DNA of 64,000 nucleotides from Gemmatimonadales bacterium (lineage in GTDB: Bacteria > Gemmatimonadota > Gemmatimonadetes > Gemmatimonadales > GWC2-71-9): NCBI GenBank assembly GCA_035519565.1, contig DATIWD010000081.1, positions 579-64,578 of the forward strand, in the 5' to 3' direction. Below the pieces are notes generated by a model. It made no database searches, was not told the origin of the DNA, and worked only from the letters and a program-made list of their open reading frames with translations. This document shows, piece after piece, positions 56,958-64,000 of this stretch (position 1 is the stretch's first letter; every line of letters begins with the position of its first letter). The position numbers and the translations under genes are program-made.

Positions 56958-58064
56958 TTAGAACGTGTAGCGGAGCAGTCCGTTCGCCTGCCAGCCAGTG
57001 AGATCGCTGTCTACCGTAGCGCCGGGTGCCCGGATCTTGCCAAACCCATACCGGCCGGCTGGGGTAAAGGTCAAATGGGAACCCAAGGTCCACCGCAGGC
57101 CCAGGCTCCCCGAAAAGAAGTTCCCCATCCCATCGTTGGGAGTCCAGATCCGCGCGTCCGCCCCGGGTTCAAAGGCAAGCCTTCTGGCCAGTGGCCAACT
57201 GCCGTTTACGCCCCCGGTGAAGACGTTCTCGTGGGCCACCGCGCCGGCGCTCACAGAGCCCTTCTGAGACCGGTAAAAATCCCAGACGTAGAAGGACATC
57301 GACCCGGCCCCGAGGGGTGAGGCCAGGCTGAGTTCGCCAATGTAGCGGTTACCCGGCTGGTTGACGCCGACGTTGACACCGCCGGCCTGATCGGTTCCGA
57401 AGGTGCTGAAAGTGAACCCGGCCTGGAGACGCGAGCGTCCGACCAGGCGATCGGCCCCTACCCGCAGCCGACCCTCGAGTCCGGGCTGATAGGTCGAGTC
57501 CACGTCGCTGAAGGGCTCGTACTGTGTGTTGTACCGGACGCTCCCGGCCAGACCGAGATTCCATCCTCCCGCCGTCTTCGCGAAGGCTAGACCGCCGGTC
57601 ACCGAAGTTCCGTTGGTGTAGGCGTTCACGGGGAAGAGCAGAAAGTTGTTGGCTGCGTATCCCAGCAGCAGGCTGTTCTGGGTGGTCTTCTTGCCGGTGG
57701 GAAGATTCACCATGAAGCTGGCCACCACGGCGTCCCGCCCCATGACATAGGAGAGGCGGAGTTGGGTATCGGTGAATCCGCTGAGCGACTGTGACCCACC
57801 GCTAGTCGGTTGGACCTTGGTATAGGCGTAGTAACTGCCGATGTCGAGCGCGAAGCGCCCGCCGATTGGAAACATGAAGGCCAGCGGCACCGCGACCTGC
57901 TGGATGCTCTTGGTCGGATAGGTGCTGGCGAAATCATATCCGGTGGCTTGCACGCCGCTGATGAGGGAGGTCGGGCTCACGAAACTCGACTGCGCCGCGA
58001 CCGACCCGGTGGCAATGACCAGCAAGCCGAACGCGAGGCGAGCGGATCGCATCGGCAATCTCAT
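56958..58064 (-). CDS. Outer-membrane beta-barrel protein, unknown family
   Basis: It has a signal peptide (AFGLLVIATGSVAAQ), alternating-residue strands throughout, and a C-terminal ...LLRYTF with terminal Phe. The start overlaps the upstream lipoprotein stop (ATGA at 58061-58064). Confidence 0.75.
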   Translation of the reverse strand: MRLPMRSARLAFGLLVIATGSVAAQSSFVSPTSLISGVQATGYDFASTYPTKSIQQVAVPLAFMFPIGGRFALDIGSYYAYTKVQPTSGGSQSLSGFTDTQLRLSYVMGRDAVVASFMVNLPTGKKTTQNSLLLGYAANNFLLFPVNAYTNGTSVTGGLAFAKTAGGWNLGLAGSVRYNTQYEPFSDVDSTYQPGLEGRLRVGADRLVGRSRLQAGFTFSTFGTDQAGGVNVGVNQPGNRYIGELSLASPLGAGSMSFYVWDFYRSQKGSVSAGAVAHENVFTGGVNGSWPLARRLAFEPGADARIWTPNDGMGNFFSGSLGLRWTLGSHLTFTPAGRYGFGKIRAPGATVDSDLTGWQANGLLRYTF

Positions 58065-59428
58065 GGGCGCGTGATGATGATGATCACGTTTCCGGTGAGC
58101 ACCGGTTGGCCCGGATTGGTGATCCCGATCGTCTCAGGCAAACCCGGTCGTGGGCTGGTGGGAGGGGTAGTCTGGCCGGTGTTGACCGAGCCCCCGGCCT
58201 GGACACCCAGAGTGGAACCGGTGCTGGGAATCGTATTGACGGTCAGGGTCTGCAGCGTCTGCCCGCGGCCGATCGTGGCTCCCAGCCCGGCCGCCGGGGC
58301 CCCCAGGCCACCCTGGATCCCGGCCAGCTGCGGCGGGGGCACCGAGATCGCCGAACTCAGCTGCTCGCTGGCCGCCTGTTGATCGGCGGCAGCGCGGAAA
58401 TTGGGATCACGCTGCACGGCGGTGTTGAAGTATCCCTCCGCGGCCTTGTAGTCACCACGGTCTGCCGCTTCGAGGCCCTTGCTGAAGGCCAGGAACGCCT
58501 GGAGGTCCGCCGTAGGCCGTTCGCTGATGGCGCGCTGTTCTGCCGGGCTCAAGGTGATGCCCATTCCCTGGATCAGCTGGAAGACCACTTTCTTCTCGAC
58601 GTCGAAGAACTGCTGAAGCTTGTCGGACCCGGACCCGGTCCCCACCACCGCCGCATTGGTCGCGTTCACGACGTTGGCGTCCAGCTTGAGCTGGTTGTTG
58701 GTGGGCACGTCCTGCAGCGATCCCTGCACTACCCGCGCGGCCCGAAGGAGCCGACCGGAGCGGGCGCCGGTCGTGGCGTCGACCCGGCCGTCATCGGTCA
58801 GCTGGAGCTCATCCACCAGGGCCTGCACCCGCTCGCGCTCCAGCAGCTTGAGCCGGGTGACTCGGCTCAAGTCGGTGATCATGAGGTGCGTGACTCCACG
58901 GGAGAGCGGTTCCAGATCGCCGTTGGTCCCGACATACCGGAAGGGGAAGACCGCCACCGAATTCTCGACGGGCGGCTGCGAAGCCAGCTGGCTCTCCTGC
59001 GCGATGGCCTGTTGGGCGGCCTGCTGCAGCTCCTTGCGGGTCAGCAGGGCCATGCGGTTGGCGATCTCGGCCTTCTGCTGCTGCGAGGTCGCGAGCGCCG
59101 CCGCCGAGGTGTAGGAGGCCCGCGCCTGCGCCAACTGACCGAGCTCCTCGTAGGACAGCCCCTGGTACACGGTCGCGGGATAATTGGTCTTGTTGATCGC
59201 GAGAGCGGAAGCGAGGACGTCGCGTGCCTTCTGATAGTCCTTCGCGTTGTAGTAGGTGATGCCCAGATGGACCATGCGGGAGACGTCATTGGGATGACGC
59301 TGCAGGTCGGCCTCGAGTGATGGAATCTCCGCCGCACCCGCACCGCCGGGCTGCGGGTTGGAGGCGCAACCGCTCAAGAGCGCTGCTCCGCTCACGGTGA
59401 GCACGGCGAGCGTGAATCTCACGGTCAT
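58061..59428 (-). CDS. Lipoprotein with TPRs, an 'AVFPF' (TolB-N/CsgG-like) module and a Gly/Pro/Thr-rich C-terminal region
   Basis: It has MTVRFTLAVLTVSGAALLSGC|ASNPQ (lipobox), TPR-like repeats, and SVAVFPFRYVGTNGDLEPLSRGVTHLMITDLSRV...LLERERVQALVDEL. The C-terminus ends ...LTGNVIIIITRP. The start is 59428 or 59440. Confidence 0.75.
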   Translation of the reverse strand: MTVRFTLAVLTVSGAALLSGCASNPQPGGAGAAEIPSLEADLQRHPNDVSRMVHLGITYYNAKDYQKARDVLASALAINKTNYPATVYQGLSYEELGQLAQARASYTSAAALATSQQQKAEIANRMALLTRKELQQAAQQAIAQESQLASQPPVENSVAVFPFRYVGTNGDLEPLSRGVTHLMITDLSRVTRLKLLERERVQALVDELQLTDDGRVDATTGARSGRLLRAARVVQGSLQDVPTNNQLKLDANVVNATNAAVVGTGSGSDKLQQFFDVEKKVVFQLIQGMGITLSPAEQRAISERPTADLQAFLAFSKGLEAADRGDYKAAEGYFNTAVQRDPNFRAAADQQAASEQLSSAISVPPPQLAGIQGGLGAPAAGLGATIGRGQTLQTLTVNTIPSTGSTLGVQAGGSVNTGQTTPPTSPRPGLPETIGITNPGQPVLTGNVIIIITRP

Positions 59429-59542
59429 AGGTTCCTGCATGGCCTTGAGGGATGGGGGGAATCCCAATGTACGGGCCGGTGGAAAGGTCGGGAAGGGGGT
59501 GCGACGAGGCCCCAAAACCAGCCCGAACCCGTGGCTTGGATC

Positions 59543-59950
59543 CTACGGCGTAGATCGGCCCCGGATGCGGAGTTGGCCGACCATTCGATAGGCCAAATGA
59601 GGCAGGCAGAAAAACTCGTAATTGCCCGGTGGGAGCGCAGGGACGGTGATCTCGTACCGGGCCCCTTGAGCCACGAGAAGCGGCCCGCGGAGGTCACCCA
59701 CACGATCGGGCATTGCGGCGTTCAGGGCCGCCTTGGCGGAGGGCGATAGGCCATCGGATCTGAATCCGATGCTGTGCGGCCCGCCGCTCTGGTTTACGAA
59801 CCGGAGAACCTCTCCCGGTTTGGCCGAGATCTCATTGGGAACGAATCGAAACACGCCGGTCAGTGCATCGCCCTCGAGCCGGATTTCGTGGACCCGCTGC
59901 GCACGCAGCGGTACCGGGGCCAGGAATAACCAGGCCGCCAAGGCCAGCAA
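59543..59950 (-). CDS. Type-1 copper (plastocyanin/cupredoxin-like) protein; start codon unresolved
   Basis: GGPHSIGF (His ligand) and YEFFCLPHLAYRMVGQL (C-x2-H-x4-M) are present. A signal-like ALLLALAAWLFLAPVPLRAQ precedes the domain. There is no ATG or GTG between it and the far ATG at 60289. The nearest candidate is TTG at 59950. Confidence 0.65.
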   Translation of the reverse strand: MLALAAWLFLAPVPLRAQRVHEIRLEGDALTGVFRFVPNEISAKPGEVLRFVNQSGGPHSIGFRSDGLSPSAKAALNAAMPDRVGDLRGPLLVAQGARYEITVPALPPGNYEFFCLPHLAYRMVGQLRIRGRSTP

Positions 59951-60001
59951 GAGAGCCGTCCCGGCTTTGCGCCCACCCGAGGCGGCCGGTAGATTCCAGC
60001 G

Positions 60002-60292
60002 ATGGCGGAGTGTCTCTCTGCTCCGCTGGAAGGACTGCCCGTGGGACGTCGCGGGATTAAGGAGTACCGGGCGGCTGAAGCCTTGGCGTTGATCGCAGCA
60101 GACCGCGACAACCAGAAGTTGGTGTGCCCGTCCTGCGCGGCTCAGGCGGTCGAGCGGATCCCCAAGCGGTCCGCACAGTACGCTGGACGCATCACGCTGC
60201 ACTGTGCCGCCTGTGGCCGGAGCGCGGTCTATCTGGCCCGTGGCGGACCCATCGAAGCCCCTTCGCCATCCTCCGCCCCGCGGCGTCACTGA
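60002..60292 (+). CDS. Possible small zinc-ribbon protein
   Basis: 96-aa ORF with C-x2-C-x22-C-x2-C (VCPSCAAQ...HCAACGRS). Third-position G/C bias is moderate. It is divergent from the cupredoxin gene and antisense to the implausible N-terminal extension of ORF 59543..60289. Confidence 0.4.
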   Translation: MAECLSAPLEGLPVGRRGIKEYRAAEALALIAADRDNQKLVCPSCAAQAVERIPKRSAQYAGRITLHCAACGRSAVYLARGGPIEAPSPSSAPRRH

Positions 60293-60316
60293 GCGCCTGG
60301 CCGGGGAGTGCCCCGG

Positions 60317-61063
60317 TCAGCGCGGCCGGGTAAAGAGCCGCTTCCATCGGATCGCGGTCAGGAAGGGGAGCGGCCGCCAACTCTCCGGGTCATAGCTGAA
60401 GTACACGATGAGTGGTGTCCCGCGCACCTTGGCCCGGGGCAGGAAGCCCCAGTACCTCCCGTCGTACGAGTTGTCCCGGTTGTCTCCCATCATGAAAAAC
60501 GAATCGGGCGGCACCACGATGGGCCCCCAGTCCTGCAGATCGGGGTCATACGTGGTCGGATCTCGCCCCACCAGATGACGGCTCTGCCACTGCCGCATCT
60601 TCGAGCGATAGATGGCGTCTTCGGACTTGGTGGAATCGGCGTGCACGACGTACGGCTCGTCGAACGGTTTGCCATTGCGGAGGACGTGGCCGTGCGCCAT
60701 CGCCAGCGTATCGCCCGGCATGCCGATCAGCCGCTTGACGACCTTCAGCCCCTCTTCTTCGACCGAGTCGAAGACCAGTATGTCGCCCCGAACCGGTTCC
60801 CGAAACGCCGGGAGCGACTTGTGAATCAACGGCACCTCGGCGCCGTAGACGGCCTTGTTGACGAAGAGAAAGTCCCCGATCAGGAGCGTCCGCTCCATGG
60901 AGCCGGAGGGGATCCGGAAGGCTTCCACCAGAAAGGTCCGCATCACCAGCCAGACCACCAGCGCGATCAGGATCGACTTCACCCATTCCCAGAGCCAGCG
61001 TCCGGTGGCCTGCGCGCGTCCGGCGAGGTCGGGAGTGGTCTTCGTCATGACGGTCACGCTCAA
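60317..61063 (-). CDS. lepB: Signal peptidase I
   Basis: It has an N-terminal TM segment, PSGSMERTL (catalytic Ser), KRLIGMPGD (Lys box) and GDNRDNSYDGRYWGF. Confidence 0.92.
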   Translation of the reverse strand: MSVTVMTKTTPDLAGRAQATGRWLWEWVKSILIALVVWLVMRTFLVEAFRIPSGSMERTLLIGDFLFVNKAVYGAEVPLIHKSLPAFREPVRGDILVFDSVEEEGLKVVKRLIGMPGDTLAMAHGHVLRNGKPFDEPYVVHADSTKSEDAIYRSKMRQWQSRHLVGRDPTTYDPDLQDWGPIVVPPDSFFMMGDNRDNSYDGRYWGFLPRAKVRGTPLIVYFSYDPESWRPLPFLTAIRWKRLFTRPR

Positions 61064-61142
61064 AGGGTGGAAACGGGGAGCAAAGCGATCGGAGGCGACG
61101 AGGATACGCCAGACCGGAAAGAATCGCCCCAGGCGTGAGCCG

Positions 61143-61619
61143 TCAAGGCGAGGAGTCGATTCCAGGCTCCAGCGCCTCCAGGACCTGCGCCGCGTGACCC
61201 TTGGGCTTCACGTTGCGGAAGATCCGGAGAATCCTGCCGTCTTCACTGATGACGAAGGTGCTCCGGCGTATTCCCTGGTAGGTCCGGCCGTACATCGACT
61301 TGGCGCCCCAGGCGCCATAGCGGTCCGCGACCGCATGATCCGGGTCGGAAAGTAGTGGAAAGGGGAGCCCGTACTTCTGCTTGAACTTGACGTGCGAGGG
61401 CACCGGATCGGGGGAGACCCCCAGCACCACGGCCCCCTGCTTCTCGACCTGCTTCCAGTTGTCCCGGAACTCGCAGGCCTCGGTGGTACACCCGCTGGTG
61501 TCGTCCTTGGGATAGAAGTAGAGCACGACCTTCCGCCCCTTGAGATCCTTGAGGGCGACGGTCGATCCGGTGTCGGATACGAGGGAAAACGCGGGCGCGC
61601 GGTTACCGACGGCGAGCAT
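61143..61619 (-). CDS. bcp: Peroxiredoxin (Bcp/PrxQ type)
   Basis: FYPKDDTSGCTTEAC contains the peroxidatic Cys in the PxDxTxxC context. Length is 158 aa. Confidence 0.9.
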   Translation of the reverse strand: MLAVGNRAPAFSLVSDTGSTVALKDLKGRKVVLYFYPKDDTSGCTTEACEFRDNWKQVEKQGAVVLGVSPDPVPSHVKFKQKYGLPFPLLSDPDHAVADRYGAWGAKSMYGRTYQGIRRSTFVISEDGRILRIFRNVKPKGHAAQVLEALEPGIDSSP

Positions 61620-61640
61620 GAACGGTAGATCGAGACCGGT

Positions 61641-62741
61641 TCAGGGCTGCTGTACCGCTTCGGCGCCCGGCGGGGGGCCTGCCCTCCGCTCGACGACCTT
61701 GGCGCTGACCGGCGCACCCTCGGAGAGCAGCTCGAGGCCACCGACCACCACCTGATCTCCGGCATCGACTCCACTCCTGACTTCTACGAATCCGGGGGTT
61801 CTCACGCCCAGGCCAACCTGACGTCGCGTGGCCTTGGAGTCCCGCACCAGCCAGACGTAGGAGGCGCCCTGCAGGGGAAGGATCGCGTCTTCGGGCACCA
61901 CCACGGCCTTGGGCCGGACATCGGTCGCCAGCCGGACCTCGATGAACATGCCCTGCTGAAGCAGCCGGCGGCCGTTGGGAACCAGTGCCTTCACCAGGAT
62001 CGTCCGGGCCGGGAGCTGAACCACCGGATCGATGAAGTCAACCACGCCGGTGAAGTCTTCACCGGGCAGCGCCGCGACCCGGAAGGCTACCTTCTGCCCC
62101 TTCTTGAGCCGCTGCGCATACCGTTCAGGCACGGGGAACGTGGCCCGCTGCGGATTGACCGTCTGAATGGTGGCGAGCCGCGTGCTGGTCGTGAGGTAGT
62201 CGCCCAGACTGACGAACCGCTGGCCCACGACCCCGGTGAACGGTGCCCGCACCACGGTATGCGAGAGCCGCACCTGGAGCAGCTCCAGCTGAGCCTGAGT
62301 GCCCTTGGCCGTCGCCTGCGCCCGCTCGAGGTCGGCGGTCGAAGAGGCGTTCTGGGCAATCAAGTCCCTGGTGCGAGTCAGGGCCTGCACGGCCAGGTCG
62401 CGATCAGCCTCCGCCCGGGCGACCTCCGCCTTGAGCTCGGCGTCGTCGACCTTGAACAGCGGGGTCCCCTTCTCTACCTCGGTCCCCTCCTTGGCGTAGA
62501 TCTCGACCAGGCGGCCCTCGATATCGGAGCGCAGGTCGAGCGACTGCAGCGCCTCGATCTGCCCTGTCGCGGCGATCGCGTCGACCACGGTGTCCTCGTG
62601 GGCCACCGCGACCTCCACCATCATCGCGGGCGGGCCCGCCTGGCCCCCGGCGGAGGCGGGACCGGCGGTCTTCTTGCCCGCGCTCTTCGAGCAGCCGGCA
62701 AGGGCCAGCACCGTGAGGCTTGTCAGCAGGACGTATCGCAC
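61641..62741 (-). CDS. Efflux-pump periplasmic adaptor (membrane-fusion protein, HlyD/AcrA family)
   Basis: It has a lipoprotein signal (LTVLALAGC), a coiled-coil hairpin (AELKAEVARAEADRDLAVQAL...LERAQA), VVRAPFTGVVG, and a beta-barrel region. Confidence 0.88.
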   Translation of the reverse strand: MRYVLLTSLTVLALAGCSKSAGKKTAGPASAGGQAGPPAMMVEVAVAHEDTVVDAIAATGQIEALQSLDLRSDIEGRLVEIYAKEGTEVEKGTPLFKVDDAELKAEVARAEADRDLAVQALTRTRDLIAQNASSTADLERAQATAKGTQAQLELLQVRLSHTVVRAPFTGVVGQRFVSLGDYLTTSTRLATIQTVNPQRATFPVPERYAQRLKKGQKVAFRVAALPGEDFTGVVDFIDPVVQLPARTILVKALVPNGRRLLQQGMFIEVRLATDVRPKAVVVPEDAILPLQGASYVWLVRDSKATRRQVGLGVRTPGFVEVRSGVDAGDQVVVGGLELLSEGAPVSAKVVERRAGPPPGAEAVQQP

Positions 62742-62749
62742 GGGGTACC

Positions 62750-64000
62750 TCAGGGCGTGGGGAACAGGCGGGTCCCGAGGATCGCCTCGAGTCCCGCTCG
62801 CGCCAGCCGATTGGTGTACCGGGCCTGAACCAGACCGGCCTGGGCGTCGCTCAGGCTGAATTGCGCATCCAGCAGATCCAGAATCGTGGTGGCGCCCGCC
62901 CGATACCGGGTCTGCTGCACTCGGAAGTTCTCGTTCGCGACGATCACCGCCGTCTGGGCCAGCTTGGTGGCCGCCTGGGCGGCGGTATAGGCCTCGTAGG
63001 CACGCGTGACGTCGGGATACGCCGATCGCAGCATGTCCTCCTTCGTCGCGCGAGCCACGTCCCGATTGGTCTTGGCGATGGAAATGTTCAGTTCGCGCTG
63101 GGCGTTGTCCCAGATGGTCAACCCGAAGCTCAAGGTAATCAAGGACACGTTCCGGGCGTTGGGAAAGAAATGATCGTCGAAGCGGAGGTGTGAGGCCGTG
63201 AGGTTGATGGTCGGGAGATATCCGCCCTTGAGGCCCAGCAGCGTCGCATTCGCCGAGCGCTCGTTGGCGCGGGCCACTTCGTACTGGGGGCCTTGCCGCA
63301 GGGCCTGCTGCACCGCATCCTCCAGAGTGAGCGGCAGATCGGGCTCGGGGAGCGTGTCGAGTGGCACCGCGTCGGCGGGGCCCGCTTCTCCCACGCGCCG
63401 CCCCAGCTCGAGCCGGGCCACGCTGTAGGTCGTCTCCTGCCGGAGCGCATCGACCTGAGCCCGGGTCAGCTCGAGCAACAGCTGTAGCGAATCGGTCTGT
63501 ACCGCCGCCCCGGAGAGAACCCTCGCTCGGGCGATCGCCAGCTGCTCGTCGGCGCGCCGGATCCGATCGTGCGCCACCCGGACCAGCTCCTGGCCGGCCA
63601 GCACATCGTAGAAGCTGCGCTCGGTATCGAAGGCGGCCTGGAATCGGGCCTGGAGCTCACCGGCCACGGCGCTGGCCTGATCCGCCTTGGTCCGCGTCAG
63701 GTCGGTGATCTTCCGCAGGCTGAACACTTCGTAGTGGGCATCCAGACGGGCGTTCACCGCATTGGACTGCAGCTGGCCGGTCCCGATGTTGAAGAACTCG
63801 CTCGAGTACTTGGTGGCGTCGACCTCGGCGGTGAGAGCGGGGACGAAAAACGAGATGATGGCCTGGCGGCGACCCCACTCCGCGTTGTCGATCTGGCCCA
63901 GGGCCTGGACGTAGTTGGGATCCAGCCTGGTGGCGCGCTGCAGCGCCTCGCTCAGGGTGAGCGTGGGCACCGCGGCGTTCACCTGCAGAAGACCGACGAG
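62750..64000 (-). CDS. TolC-family outer-membrane efflux protein, 5' end probably off-window
   Basis: LTLSEALQRATRLDPNYVQA begins the first TolC repeat. Two repeats have long helices. The frame stays open beyond the tracked GTG at 63982 to the window edge (..LVGLLQVNAAVP), which looks like the end of a signal peptide. Confidence 0.85.
   Translation of the reverse strand, partial: LVGLLQVNAAVPTLTLSEALQRATRLDPNYVQALGQIDNAEWGRRQAIISFFVPALTAEVDATKYSSEFFNIGTGQLQSNAVNARLDAHYEVFSLRKITDLTRTKADQASAVAGELQARFQAAFDTERSFYDVLAGQELVRVAHDRIRRADEQLAIARARVLSGAAVQTDSLQLLLELTRAQVDALRQETTYSVARLELGRRVGEAGPADAVPLDTLPEPDLPLTLEDAVQQALRQGPQYEVARANERSANATLLGLKGGYLPTINLTASHLRFDDHFFPNARNVSLITLSFGLTIWDNAQRELNISIAKTNRDVARATKEDMLRSAYPDVTRAYEAYTAAQAATKLAQTAVIVANENFRVQQTRYRAGATTILDLLDAQFSLSDAQAGLVQARYTNRLARAGLEAILGTRLFPTP

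Noticed and set aside
58071-58085. (GAT/ATC)4 trinucleotide run as a phase-variation tract
   Set aside because: Slippage of a trinucleotide repeat stays in frame. It simply encodes IIII at the lipoprotein C-terminus. Four units is too short to argue for contingency behaviour.
59951-60289. Full 248-aa version of the cupredoxin ORF
   Set aside because: The N-terminal 110 residues are Arg/Gly-rich and motif-free, and they precede rather than form the signal peptide. The opposite strand carries a more protein-like zinc-ribbon ORF.

Overview
This is a visibly GC-rich bacterial chromosomal window with a strong G/C preference at third codon positions. It is densely packed with about 60 protein genes. 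I found no rRNA, tRNA, CRISPR array, transposase or integrase. All calls come from reading motifs in the supplied translations and the DNA, with no database search. The kinase-rich content suggests a Gemmatimonadota- or Acidobacteriota-like organism, but that is inference only.

Housekeeping and metabolic genes include glnA, proline dehydrogenase, an MFS transporter, an amidohydrolase, an MqnA/MqnD-family gene, ogt, a CspA-family gene, lepB, bcp, and a TolC plus membrane-fusion pair.

The dominant feature is a ~32 kb run of co-directional minus-strand genes (13640-46027). It contains six eukaryote-like Ser/Thr kinases:
- Four are single-pass receptors with TolB/PD40-type beta-propellers.
- Two are soluble kinases with an 'AVLPF' module plus TPRs.
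- A PP2C phosphatase is embedded in the array and translationally coupled to one kinase.
- The array is preceded by a DUF885 gene. Further upstream is a seven-gene chain joined mostly by 4-nt overlaps: AraC-like, receiver, MerR-like, LemA, M48 protease, acyltransferase, secreted TPR protein.

Other points worth a second look:
- A ferric-reductase-TM::Rieske fusion operon.
- A REC-HD-GYP gene next to a REC-DHp-pseudoREC protein that lacks an ATPase domain.
- A ~450-nt gene-free, hairpin-dense convergent spacer (50352-50800) that I could not assign to any RNA class.
- A cluster of six TCCACA/TGTGGA (DnaA-box-like) cores next to that spacer.
- An intrinsic terminator inside the csp leader.
- A binding-protein gene coupled to a chemoreceptor gene.
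- A lipoprotein-to-beta-barrel gene pair whose lipoprotein reuses the sensor module of two of the kinases.

Many long ORFs in the track are antisense shadows or upstream extensions. I rejected these or trimmed the starts.
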